64,000 bases of DNA from positions 3,782,001 through 3,846,000 of the forward strand of contig OZ251223.1 of NCBI GenBank assembly GCA_965240325.2. The letters run 5' to 3'. The notes under the pieces are model-generated. The model was not told the DNA's origin. It saw only the letters and a program-made list of their open reading frames with translations, and did no database searches. The translations under genes were made by a program, and so were the position numbers. Positions 48,242 through 58,986 of this stretch are shown here, one piece after another. Each line of letters opens with the position of its first letter. Within the stretch, counting starts at the first letter, position 1. Source of the DNA: Rebecca billardiae RCC1528 (Eukaryota; Protista; Haptophyta).

Positions 48242-49033
48242 ATGCTCGCATGCGCGGCGCTGCTGCTCGTGCCGGCAGCGACGGGTGGCGGTGTGCCCGC
48301 CCACCACCGACTGCACCGCCTGGCTGCACGCCCCCCACCCCTCATGAGCTCCCCGGGGGACGCAGACGCAACGGGCGGTGACGATGATGATGTCGCGGCC
48401 TTCGATCGCGCGAGCGTTGCCAATGCCGCGACGCTGTGGAAGCAGCGCGAGGGGCGCTCGCAGGTGTTCGGCGCGTGGCTCGACGACGAGATTGTCAATA
48501 ATCGCGGCGACGACTCGAACGACGCCTTCGGCCTCGGCATCGCGCTGCTGCGGCGCGGCCGGTACACAGAGTCGCGCGATGCGTTTGCGCTAGCCATCCA
48601 GGAGGCTGGCGGCGAGGGGACGTCGAAGGGCGGGCAGATGTGCGTGTGGCTCGCCCAAGCGATGTCCGCCGCGGGCGACAACAAGGGCGCCGTTTCGATG
48701 CTCGACCGCGTCGAGCAGGGCCACCCCAACCCGCAGGTGCGCAAAGCCGCCGGCGAGATCAAATACATCCTGGCCGCGCCTGAGCTCCAGCTGGACGAGG
48801 ACAACTTTGTGCAGATTCCGGACAAGATCCGGGAAGCGGAGCGCCTCGACAGGCACCGAGGTGAATATGCGCAGATGGAAAAGCCACCCGAGCGGTACTC
48901 CCTTGAATGGTACCTCATGCAGAACGCCACCACGACTTCTTCCGACGATGGCGACAAGCAGGCCGTCGCTGTTGCCGCGGCCACCATGGCCGCCCTCGTG
49001 GCGTGGTTGGGCGCCCTCGCCGTCTCAGGATAA
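48242..49033 (+). CDS. TPR-like protein, probably plastid-targeted, with C-terminal TM helix
   Basis: Signal peptide MLACAALLLVPAATG plus a transit-like stretch. GIALLRRGRY..GGQMCVWLAQA..HP..RKAA..KYILAAPEL resembles a cyanobacterial/plant TPR family. Confidence 0.75.
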   Translation: MLACAALLLVPAATGGGVPAHHRLHRLAARPPPLMSSPGDADATGGDDDDVAAFDRASVANAATLWKQREGRSQVFGAWLDDEIVNNRGDDSNDAFGLGIALLRRGRYTESRDAFALAIQEAGGEGTSKGGQMCVWLAQAMSAAGDNKGAVSMLDRVEQGHPNPQVRKAAGEIKYILAAPELQLDEDNFVQIPDKIREAERLDRHRGEYAQMEKPPERYSLEWYLMQNATTTSSDDGDKQAVAVAAATMAALVAWLGALAVSG

Positions 49034-49424
49034 CACCGTTGCATCGAACCGCAGCCCCACCAGCACTTCGTCCAAGCACATCAGCTCCTAGATTGACATC
49101 GGATCACGCAGTCGCAGGCGCTGCAGTCCACCACGCGTGTTCGGGCAGACACGGAGACACCGACCAGAACGTCGTTGGATCGTCCGTTCATCGCGAATCA
49201 TCGATATGGCGCGTGGCTGCTGTTTTGACACTCCAACGCGTAGTCATTATCGAAGCGACGACGGTCACTCGGTCACGGGTCAGGTTGCGGCGGAGCGCAT
49301 TCTGGCCAGTTATTAAATAATATATATCGGACCATTATATATATATATATTGAATCATCCGAGCTAACGACGGTAACCGTAACGCGCTAGCTAGCTCAAA
49401 ACAGTTCACAAGTACTAATAAGAT

Positions 49425-49439
49425 ATGTATGTATGTATG

Positions 49440-49517
<78 letters not shown>

Positions 49518-49601
49518 TACATACATACATACATACATACATACATACATACATACATACATACATACATACATACATACATACATACATACATACATAA
49601 G

Positions 49602-49651
<50 letters not shown>
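49425..49651. repeat. Compound microsatellite (TGTA)n-(CA)n-(TACA)n-(TA)n
   Basis: Direct observation. Confidence 0.98.
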
Positions 49652-49653
<2 letters not shown>

Positions 49654-50783
49654 AGTTCAACGATAGCCCGAATGGCGAATTAGCCAGCTGTGCCAGCAGC
49701 CAGGGGCAGGGCGCTGCTCAGTAAGCTCAGTTCGTCTGGCATAAATTATTATTCTATTACTACGAATCAATTGTCCGAGTCTCATCATCGCGCGTCAGAC
49801 ATGCATAAAGCCAATGGCATAAAGGGTCTGCAACCCGTGACTATAACTGTCAGGCAGCGCCATCGTGCCGACGTGCCTACGGCCGACGTGCGCGAATTTG
49901 TGCGACGGCGGCAGCGACGAGGTCGCGGTCCCCGGCCGCTCCGACGCGCTCTTGACATCCGCGTGGGCCGTGCGGATGTCATCAAGAACCCATCCTACTC
50001 TTCGACGGTGCCGACCTCGCCGCTAGCGGCGTGACTCCGGGCGTCGCACAAATTTGATGATTGGTACCTTAGGTTGATGGCCCGCGGCCCGCATGCCAGG
50101 TCCGCGCGGCGCTCTGTGGGCAAGCGAGCCAAGGGGCGCAGCGAGTCCGGTGCGGCTGTCGTACGGGTCGATCGCGAGAGCCGAGTCACAGCCGCGCGTG
50201 CCGCGCCGCTGGCGCCGGGTCGCCCGGGGGAGAAGGCGCCGCTGCAGCGCTCCTTCTGCCATCACGCGATCCGCCGGCAGGAAGACCTGACTTGCGCCCA
50301 GTTTTGACAAAAACGATGAATCTTCAACTCCGCGCGCTCTGGGTAAACCAGACAGTTATAGTGGCGGGGCGGCCCTTTATATTCAATTATTATTCGCGCG
50401 CATAGTGGTAACATCTAGACACTTAGTCGATCAAGTCTGCTGAACTGTCAACTGATCGTTCAGACATTAAATGATTAATTCAATACATACGGATACGCGG
50501 GACGATGAAATTCTCCATATTATAATCAATTAACGACGTGGCATGCACTTCCGACTTCGGGACTTGCATTTTGCAACTCGCGGTCGGCCGCAGGCGTCAG
50601 GCTGAGTCGGCAGCAGACACATAGAATGCGTCCGCGGACATCGGCGCGACACTGATAGATAGCATCATTGTACTGTAAGTGATGCAGATATCGATCGCAC
50701 TTATTCCTGCATGGAGTGTGGAAATTAAGGGGCCACTGTTCTGTCTGTTGATGTGCATTGGCTGTCGGGACCGATGCAGCACG

Positions 50784-51875
50784 CTAACTTGTAAGTGCCT
50801 GCACGAAGTCGAGCCCGCGCTTCGCCTCTCGCGTTGCGGCGTCCGTGCTCGCACCTCCAATCGACGTTGCCGCCCATTGCGTGTCTGCTGTGGCCGGCGG
50901 CGCGCGCACGTCTGGCTCAAGCCCGCGCTTGTTGATCGAGACGCCGTTCGGGGTGAGGTAGCGCGCGACGGTGATCTCGACGGCGCTCCCGTCTTGGAGG
51001 CGCTGCACGGTCTGCACGAGGCCCTTGCCGTAGGTCGGCTCGCCAACGAGCCCGGCGCGCCCGTTCTCACGCAGCGCAGCGGCGAGGACCTCCGCAGCCG
51101 AGGCGGTGTTGCGGTCGACAAGCACGCGGATGGGCATCTCGGCCGGGAAGAAGCCGTCCTCCACGCACTCAAACTCCTCCGGCGCGCCAACGCGACGCTG
51201 GACACTGACGACCCGATCCCCTGCGGGAAGGAGGTACCCTGCAATCGCCACCGCGGTCTCGAAGCTGCCGCCGAGGTTGCCGCGCAGGTCGATCACCAGC
51301 TGGTCAGCGCCGGCTGCCGACTGCAGCGCGTCGCGCACCCGGCGAGGCGTGGAGCCACCCATGCGGCCGATGCGCACGAGGGCAATGCGCCGGCCTGCGA
51401 GAGTGGTATCAACGAGGGCGACGCCATCCGCGCTCTCGTCACCGCCCGCGCTGCGGTACCGCCGGTTCGTCTCCTCGAGCTGCGCAGGTGAGAGGTAGCG
51501 CGTCCACCTGTCATCCAGCAGCCCGACCATCTTGCGAATCGCCTCGCGCGCGTCATCCACGGAGCGGTAGTTCCCCTCTCGCACGTACTGCTTGCGCACG
51601 TCCTCCCACTGGGCCGTCTTGAGCGCGGCGGCATCGACGTAAGCCTGCTTCACCGCTCCCCATGCCTCGGCAACCAGCATCTGCTCATCAGAGAGCTCGA
51701 CGGCCGCCGTTGCCGGAGAGGGCCGGGTGGCGAACGGCGCGGCGAGCGCTACCGAGAGCGCCGATCGTCGAGAGATCTGCACGCCTCGCGCGAGCGCGTC
51801 GGCGTCGGCTAGCATCCACACGCAGAAGCACAGGACCCCAATGCTGCGCATGGCGGCGGAGGACGCCGACCCCAT
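50784..51875 (-). CDS. ctpA: C-terminal processing peptidase (S41, CtpA-like), thylakoid-lumen targeted, PDZ domain absent
   Basis: DLRGNLGG, TASAAE (catalytic Ser), TYGKGLVQ (catalytic Lys). Signal peptide followed by a twin-arginine SRRSAL..PATA lumen signal. Start at 51875 or 51851. Confidence 0.88.
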   Translation of the reverse strand: MGSASSAAMRSIGVLCFCVWMLADADALARGVQISRRSALSVALAAPFATRPSPATAAVELSDEQMLVAEAWGAVKQAYVDAAALKTAQWEDVRKQYVREGNYRSVDDAREAIRKMVGLLDDRWTRYLSPAQLEETNRRYRSAGGDESADGVALVDTTLAGRRIALVRIGRMGGSTPRRVRDALQSAAGADQLVIDLRGNLGGSFETAVAIAGYLLPAGDRVVSVQRRVGAPEEFECVEDGFFPAEMPIRVLVDRNTASAAEVLAAALRENGRAGLVGEPTYGKGLVQTVQRLQDGSAVEITVARYLTPNGVSINKRGLEPDVRAPPATADTQWAATSIGGASTDAATREAKRGLDFVQALTS

Positions 51876-52170
51876 TGCTTATTCGTCTGTGTCGTCGGAC
51901 CTCGAATCTTCTGATCATTGATGGTCGGGAGTGCTGGGTCGCCCGCCCGCGCGGGCGCTGCAAACGCTCGGCCAAGCAAGTGCGCGCGCGTTCGGGGCCG
52001 ATGCAAGGCGGGCCAAACGCACGCAGCGTCCGGAGTGGTCGTGGACCCCCAAGACCCAGCTGGCAAGCGCCGCCAGCTCCTCGGTCAGCTCGTGCGTCCT
52101 GTGCAAGCGGGGGGGGGGCTCCCAGCTGTCGCTCGACGGCTCGATCCGTCCGATTTCGTATCATAGCAAG

Positions 52171-53289
52171 ATGTGGGCTGGCGCCTTGACACGAGGGATC
52201 GTGCTCCTGGCCTGCTGGACGCGCGCTCTCGGTGGCGTGGGCCATCGTGCACCCGCGCGCATCTCCCCTCGGGCTCGCATGCACATGATGCTCGACGAGC
52301 GCACGATCATCAGCCGTCGGCAGCTCGACCGTCTGGATTGGAACCCCGAGGGCCACTCGTTCTGGGACTGGGAAGTGCCCGGCCACGGCCCTGCGCGGAT
52401 CCACTATGTCGCATCGGGGCCCTCGGACGGCAAGCCGCTCGTGCTCGTGCACGGCTTTGGCGCGAACTACTACCACTGGCGGCACAACGTGCCCGCGCTG
52501 TCGAAGCGGTATCGCGTGTACGCGGTCGACCTCCTCGGCTTCGGCCTCTCGGATAAGCCCATCGTCTTGTACTCCGGCCAGCTCTGGGCGCAGCAGCTCT
52601 CCGCGTTCATCCGCGAGGTCGTCCGGCCGGTGGGCAAGGCTGCCATCGCTGGGAACTCACTCGGTGGGTATGCGTCGCTCGCCACGGCAGTTGAAGCGCC
52701 CGAGCTCGTGTCGGGCGTCGCGCTGCTCAATGCCGCCGGCCGCTTCTCCGACGGCACGGAGCCGAGCGCGCGCGAGGCTGGCGAGGGGGCCGAGACAGAG
52801 GCCGAAGCTGGGCCCGGCTACATCAGCGCGCTGACCACGGCGGTGCAGGAGCAGATCCAGAAGGCGTTCACGCGCCTTGTACTGGGCGTGAGCTTCCAGG
52901 TGACCAAGCAGCCGGCGCGCGTGCGCCAGGTCCTCGAGCAGGTGTACGCGAGTGACCCGTCCAACGTGGACGACGAGCTCGTGCAGTCGATCCTGCACGC
53001 CGCCAAGGACAAGAACGCGCAGGAGGTCTTCTGCCGGATCGTCTCGCGCAACGCGCTGCCGACCGTCACGATCGACGACCTCCTCAGTCGCCTGGACCCG
53101 GAGGCCCGCGTGCTTCTCCTCTGGGGTGAGAAGGACCCCTGGATCCGGCCGGCTGTCGCTGACCGCATCCAGGAGCTGCGGCCGTGTGCGCAGCGCGTGT
53201 CGCTGGACGCTGGCCACTGTCCGCACGACGAGGCGCCGGAGGAGGTGAATCGCGCGCTGGAGGAGTGGGTGGAGAGCCTCCTCTTGTGA
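52171..53289 (+). CDS. Alpha/beta hydrolase, pheophytinase-like family, probably plastid-targeted
   Basis: LVHGFG, DLLGFG, GNSLGG nucleophile elbow, WGEKDPW, GHCPHDE. N-terminal signal peptide. Confidence 0.9.
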   Translation: MWAGALTRGIVLLACWTRALGGVGHRAPARISPRARMHMMLDERTIISRRQLDRLDWNPEGHSFWDWEVPGHGPARIHYVASGPSDGKPLVLVHGFGANYYHWRHNVPALSKRYRVYAVDLLGFGLSDKPIVLYSGQLWAQQLSAFIREVVRPVGKAAIAGNSLGGYASLATAVEAPELVSGVALLNAAGRFSDGTEPSAREAGEGAETEAEAGPGYISALTTAVQEQIQKAFTRLVLGVSFQVTKQPARVRQVLEQVYASDPSNVDDELVQSILHAAKDKNAQEVFCRIVSRNALPTVTIDDLLSRLDPEARVLLLWGEKDPWIRPAVADRIQELRPCAQRVSLDAGHCPHDEAPEEVNRALEEWVESLLL

Positions 53290-54114
53290 CGCCGCAGTGA
53301 TGTGCACGCCGGCCGCGACCGACGCACGTGCCGCGTCACTATCCCTGGCTGCTGCTTGTCGGCTGCTGAACCGCCAATGCCCAGCTTACTTCTGTCGTGA
53401 TGAATATATATATATATGATGTTGGTCGGTGCACGCGACGCGCCACCCGCGTGCGAGCCGCCGCCGCCGGCGACGCAGGACGAGCTTGGCTGGAGCCATC
53501 TCGCACGCCGCGCCTGGCGAAGCAGGCGGCAGAGGCCGGCGCCGGAAACCGATCTCCTGGCGGGCGGCAGAACAACCCGGGACCGAGACTGTTTGTCCGG
53601 GAGCAGCGCCCTACTTTGAGGCGATGGTCTGGTAGAGGGCGATGTGGCTGATGAGCGGCGCTGGCGCCCGGCGTTCTTGTCGTCCTCTTAGACAATCAGT
53701 TATTGTACCAATAACCCCACATATATCGACTACTACTACTGCTATATATATATATATATAAGCCACGCGGGTGCCACCCCGAGTCTCAGTGCCCGGGGCC
53801 GGGTGCGCCGCCGTAACTAGTAATGCTGTTATTGCTGAGCGGTGCTGACTGATGACAGTGATGACTGACGACGGATGCGGAGACCGGAGTCAGCCTTAAT
53901 GTCCACCTTCGCGGTTATTATATATATATATATATTAATTGATACGGTACATATCTGTCTTACATCAGCATAACTTGCTGACAATGCACCCCGTATCATA
54001 ATTCGGATGTGGTCGTCGTCACGACCACGAGGAGCCGGGTGACGTGCCTCTGACCGAGTCAGTGGTCCAGCGGCTGCTCAGGGAGCGATCTGGCTGTGCG
54101 AATCGGGGAGACCC

Positions 54115-54190
54115 GAACTGGTGTCAGCCGTGCACACAGGCGGCCAAGTAGCCGCCCATTCGCGTGCAGGCGTCATGATCGCAGCCGTTC
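54115..54190 (-). promoter_or_regulatory. Type II eukaryotic SECIS element (core 54176-54123)
   Basis: The minus strand reads ATGAC-GCCTGCACGCG-AA-TGGGCGGC-TACTTG-GCCGCCT-GTGTGCACGGC-TGAC. This gives the AUGA/GA quartet, an 11-nt helix II arm, unpaired AA and an apical mini-stem. Confidence 0.8.
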
Positions 54191-54241
54191 GCCTCAAGCG
54201 AGCGCGGAGGTGGTGGGCGAGTCCGAGACTCGACGGCGAGG

Positions 54242-55388
54242 TCAGCGACGCTTGCCCTCTGCGTCGTGCCACTGGCTGAATTCCACCCAGCTGTCCTTGA
54301 CCCCGAAGAGCTGGATGTTCTGCAGCCGCTGCTGGTGGTGCAGGTGGCAGCCGTAGGCCGGGCGCTTCTCAGCGGCGCCGCCCTCGGGTGAGGAGCCGGC
54401 GCACGGCGAGCAAGACAGCCACGGGTTGTACGGCTTCGTGCACGGGTCTGGTGGCGCTGCGCGACCGACAGGGAAGCCGCAGTAATAGCCCTGCGCGATG
54501 CGTCGCATGCCCGGGCGGTGTGCGGGCCGAGGGCGCGTGAGCGCAGCTGCGCATGGCGCGCGCTGGCGTGGTGACGTGCCGCGCGTGGGCCACGCCCCGA
54601 ACCGGATCGTGCACCCAACGCCGCCGCCGCCACCACCACCACCACCACCACCACCACCACCCTGCGCGGCCGTGGCGGCAGCGTCGCACCTGCGGGCATT
54701 CCTTGACGCTCGAGCTCGTCACCACGGGTCAGTCGGACGGGATCAGCCCGTCGTCGTACTTGTGCTGCCAGGCCATCAGCCGCGCGGGCTGCACGGCCCG
54801 CAGCGGCATGCCATCTGCCGAGCGAACGAGCGTCACGCACCCGGCCTCGCGCGCGAGATGCCGCGCCACAGCATCCGAGCCCCGCAGCCGCGTGCCACAC
54901 GGGCAAATGACCGTGCGCAGTGCTGGGTCACCACGGCGGTGGCGAGCGTCGAAGCGCCAGCCGCGCGGGAGCTGGCTGGTCGCTGACTTGCTTGCGCCCA
55001 ACGCCGCCTTCAGAACCATCATCACGGCCGCCGGATCCATTGGCTGCGCCAGCGGCACCGTCGGCTGAGTCGGCGTCTCAACGACACGCTCGCGCTGGGA
55101 AGCCGCCGCCGGCTTGTGCGCCTTGCGGGCAGATGAAGCAGGGAGCGGCGGTGAGACGCGAGGAGCACGCGACGAGGAGGCCGATCGAGCCGAATCCGAC
55201 GTCGTTCGCGCGGTCTCGTCCGATTCCGCCGACCGTGACGAGGGCGAGGCAGGAACCTGTGCTGCCACCTTTTGCGCGCGCTTTCTCTTATTGCCAGCCC
55301 CGGCGGGCTCCACGTCGAGCGGAATGCGCCAATATGCGGCGCGAACAGCGGCACTAGCAGCACGCGGCTGACGCCCGGTGCTCACCAT
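54242..55388 (-). CDS. Candidate selenoprotein: MBD-like domain plus Sec/Cys-rich C-terminal domain. Exons 55388 (or 55442)-54690 and 54490-54242; TGA=Sec at 54731-54729.
   Basis: LPRGWRFDARHRRG..ICPCGTRLRG..VARHL (MBD-like). The frame stays open past the TGA (D-U-PVVTSSSVKECPQ) to a GTGCGA donor and splices in phase 0 to GYYCGFP... A SECIS lies in the 3' UTR. Confidence 0.72.
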
Positions 55389-55634
55389 CTTGGCGAGCAG
55401 CCGGCGTGAGCGCGGCACGGTCCCCACCACGTCCCGCGCCATTTGCCCGGCAGATGCCCTGCCGAAGCAGCTGGGGCGAAGGACGGCGGCAACGGAGCAG
55501 CAGCTGTCGAGCACCTCCGATGCACACGGCTTCCGGTGCCCGCACGAAGCCTTCCGATGACGAGGTGCGCGTCGTCAGCTTATTGCATTTCGTCAAGTCT
55601 CGCCGAAACAGCAGAGCAGAAAGAACCGTTAGCC

Positions 55635-56288
55635 ATGGCGGCCACCGAGGATGAGCCGCCCTACGACTTCGCCTTCTCGATCGGTGTCTTCGGCGACGTG
55701 GGCACAGGAAAGAGCCTGCTCGTGGCCTGTACGCAGCCAGCATCCACGCCCACCATGGCGCCAGATGCCGACGAGCACTTTGGCCTCAGCAGCACAGTGC
55801 ACACATACGAGTCACGCGGTGCAACCTATCGCGTGCAGCTCTGGGACGTCCCTGGGGCACCGCGTTACGTCGCCAGTGCCGAGCGCTACGCTTCGCTCAC
55901 GGCGGGATTTGCACTTGTGTTTGATCTGAGTCGGCGGCCTACCTTCGATCGGCTGGGCCAGTGGCTCGTCGCAATGGGCGAGGATGGGCGCTCCCTGCCC
56001 AAGGTGTTGATCGGCAACAAGGCTGACCTACCGGCAGGTGCGGGGCACGTTCGGAGCGCAGAGGCGCACGAGTTCGCGCGCAGAAACGGGATGGCCTACT
56101 TTGAGACAAGTGCCATCGAGAACCAAGGGGTGTCGGAGGCCTTCTCCGCCCTCATGGCCTCCATCATTGGTCGGATCCCCAACCCCCCGGAGCCCAGCCT
56201 GCTCGTTGACCAGCGCGTGCAGATCGGCCGCAAGCTCGCTGAGAATAAGGCGTTTCGCGCAGCCCTCTTCGACGTACCCGCGCCCTAG
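55635..56288 (+). CDS. Divergent Rab-like small GTPase without a prenylation motif
   Basis: GDVGTGKS (G1), WDVPG (G3), GNKADL (G4), ETSA (G5). Ends DVPAP with no Cys. Confidence 0.88.
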   Translation: MAATEDEPPYDFAFSIGVFGDVGTGKSLLVACTQPASTPTMAPDADEHFGLSSTVHTYESRGATYRVQLWDVPGAPRYVASAERYASLTAGFALVFDLSRRPTFDRLGQWLVAMGEDGRSLPKVLIGNKADLPAGAGHVRSAEAHEFARRNGMAYFETSAIENQGVSEAFSALMASIIGRIPNPPEPSLLVDQRVQIGRKLAENKAFRAALFDVPAP

Positions 56289-57091
56289 CTGCCTATTAGC
56301 ACTGGCCACGCCTTTGCATTGGGAGACTCAACGGGATCCTGACGATAGGACCACGCGATCGCAGCGTGAGGCACTCCAGGTCCTGCCTGCGCATCGCGGG
56401 CCGCGCCGCCGGCGCCTCGTCTTCTGAATCCTCGTTCACGAGGACAGCACGTGTATCCGTGTGCGCGCTCGCTGCCGATGGCGGCTCCCCGCGTCGAGGG
56501 CGTTTGGCTGGAGCCGCATCCAAGGGCGTATATCGTCACGGTCCCACCCGATGCTGACGCTGAGGTGGCGCGCTTGCCGAAGGCAGCAGCATTGGCTGAT
56601 GCCTTCTGCCTTTGGCCACCTCTGCGCGACCGCGCGTGACTCACGCTGCCGGCGCGCGGGCGGGCGCGGCGTCGCTTGGTGGGCCCACCTGCCCTGGGTT
56701 TTGTCGTCGTTCGTTCTCAGCGACGGTTCATGTTGGGTCTTGAGATGCCAATTATTATTGATGGATATCGGGGCATATATTGCGAATCGCGGCAGCTTCG
56801 CAATGCCGATTTATGCCGCCCCATTCCGCTCCGCGAGCAGACCGAGTCCGAGGATATCGGCGCGCGGGCTGACGTCCGACGGCCATGCGGCAGCGCAAGT
56901 GATTATACTGATTATATTATAGCAGCTGCTAATAAAGCAGTCAGATGGCATCACCATCGCGTATAGCTGATAGCAGCTTAGTTCTATATATATATACACC
57001 GTCATCGTCCTCAGCGGTCGTAAGCACCGTAACGGTCAGGAACCTCAGCATAATCAAGCTGCAGCCATCGACTCGGGCGGCCACTGCGCGA

Positions 57092-58508
57092 TCAGATGAA
57101 GACGCCCTGCACATTGAGCTCTTCGACCATGGGCGTGACGAGCGTCGACGTGGTGAAGTAGAAGATCATGCCAAGTGCAATTGAGATGGGCAGCGCGGGC
57201 AACGCCTTCTGGTAGATTGCGAGGAGCAGGAGAGTCATCCCCTGGCCAGCAAGTATGGCGATGAAACACATGACGACTGTGGTCACGTCATGAAGCACCG
57301 CCCTGCCGATCAGTACCGAGTAGAAAACGAAGTCGCCGAGCCCGAGCTTCACGTCGTCAGCTGGAGGGCGTGGTGGGTTGGGGGATGGGCGTGCGCGCGA
57401 GGTGAGCTCTTGGCGCCCGGACCGGACGTTCGGGGGGGGGGGGGGCACGCACCTTCATAAACCAGGCCGGGGATCGGCTCGTTCCGTCGCTGCGACTCCT
57501 CGACTAGACCCTTGAGCGGACCACGCGGGGTGAGCACGGCGATGAGGTCCCACACGCTCACAGCCGCAAGGATCGACCACGTCGTCCACTCGGGCAGCTT
57601 GGTGAGCGACCAGGCCAGCAGCACGCTCACGATCACGAGGTAGACCTGCCGGATGATGGGCGGCGCCGGCCAGAACACGACGCGCATACCGACCGCGGCA
57701 AAGTTCCAGAGGAAGAAGGTGGACGTGCCGTAGTCCATCGGTGCGTCGAAGCGAAGGATGATCATGCTGGCGGGGCCACACGACGCGGGCAGCGCACGCG
57801 GCGGGTTGAGTGCGGTGCGCAGCACAGGCACTGGTCTAGCACAGGGGCGTGCATGCTCGGGCGCGGCGCGTGCGCGCACTATGCAACCAGCCCGCCAAAG
57901 GTGGCGAGGAGCATGCCCACAGACGTGATCAGCCACGCGTAGATGAGCTTCGTGCAGTGGAATTTGTACAGCAGGAAGAGCAGCGTGGTCACGCCGACGA
58001 TGAGGGCGATGAAGATGAGCGCATTCTCCAGCGAGCCTGCGAGCTTTGTGCCCGTGGAGTCCTCCTCGTGCTCCTCGTAGACCATCATGTTGCTGAAGGC
58101 GCCCGCTGAGACGGGCGACGAGTTCAGAACGCCCACGAGAGCGACCACCAACGCCATCGTCGCTGACACGGGCTTGAGCAGAGAGTCCACCTGCGCAAAC
58201 AGGTCCGCCTCGACGCCATCGTCGTCTTCGTCATCGTCGTCAGCCCCATCGCCCCGAGCGCCGGGGCGCAAGTAGGTGGCGCTATCCTGCCCATCGCTCT
58301 CCACCGGATCACTCGCGTTCGGCGCCCCCTCCTCGTAGCCACCGCCAGTCCCAGTGTTTCCGGGTGCCGCGACTGAGATGGCCGACCCGCTCGTGCCGCA
58401 CGCACACTCGGCTGCCGCTCCGCCCGCGCCAGCCCCGCGGCTGCCTGTCGCCCCAAGCTCGAGAAGCCGGCGGTGTTCGAGCTCTTCCATCGTCGTGCTC
58501 ATGTCCAT
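57092..58508 (-). CDS. PSEN: Presenilin (gamma-secretase catalytic subunit). Exons 58508-57880, 57766-57453, 57360-57092.
   Basis: LPEWTTW, VWDLIAVLTPRGPL (Asp1), KLGLGDFVFYSVL (Asp2), KALPALPISI. Splice phases are consistent. Confidence 0.96.
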
Positions 58509-58986
58509 CCGTCGGGCCCTGCCGTCGCTCGCGATGTCAGCTGACCTCGTCAAACAAGGTGGCTGTGCGAGCCGACGACGCCCATCGTCGTTCCGATAAA
58601 GCGTCGTCGAAAAAGGATCCCAGCTGCGGAAAATGTTTTATTTCCGATGTTGTGACGACTTTTTCGCGGCGGGAAAAAGGCAACAACAAAAGCCAGCAGA
58701 CGTTTCGGACACACGACGTTTGGCGAGCAACGCGCGCGGGCGCGCATCCCGGCGCGATTTGTAGATTCACTGTGCAAACGGCCGCGCCTGCTGTCATTGG
58801 TTCAAGGCTTGCTCATCCACGCCGTCAGGTGAGCGTGGTCCTGGACTGGGGGCAAGAGATTCCTTCTCTCCACTTCTCCAGTCGTTGCGCGAACACTCGC
58901 CTCGCGCGCGGAGCGTGGCCCTCGGGGGAATCGCGTAGCTCGCCGCCGCGAGCACGTACCGTGGGCGACTCGCAGTCGAATCGTTG

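Noticed and set aside
49335-49724. ORFs of MYVC/HT/YI repeats
   Set aside because: They are translations of microsatellites.
50077-50090. ATGGCCCGCGG resembling the reverse complement of the element's right terminus
   Set aside because: The match is only ~11 bp in GC-rich DNA, with no further similarity.
54729-54731. TGA as a true stop or a pseudogene lesion
   Set aside because: Disfavoured but not excluded: the downstream frame, in-phase splice sites, a coding-like second exon and a SECIS would all be unexplained.
57092-58508. Functional cluster of presenilin with the giant GPS receptor
   Set aside because: They are 32 kb apart with unrelated housekeeping genes between, and eukaryotic proximity alone is not evidence.
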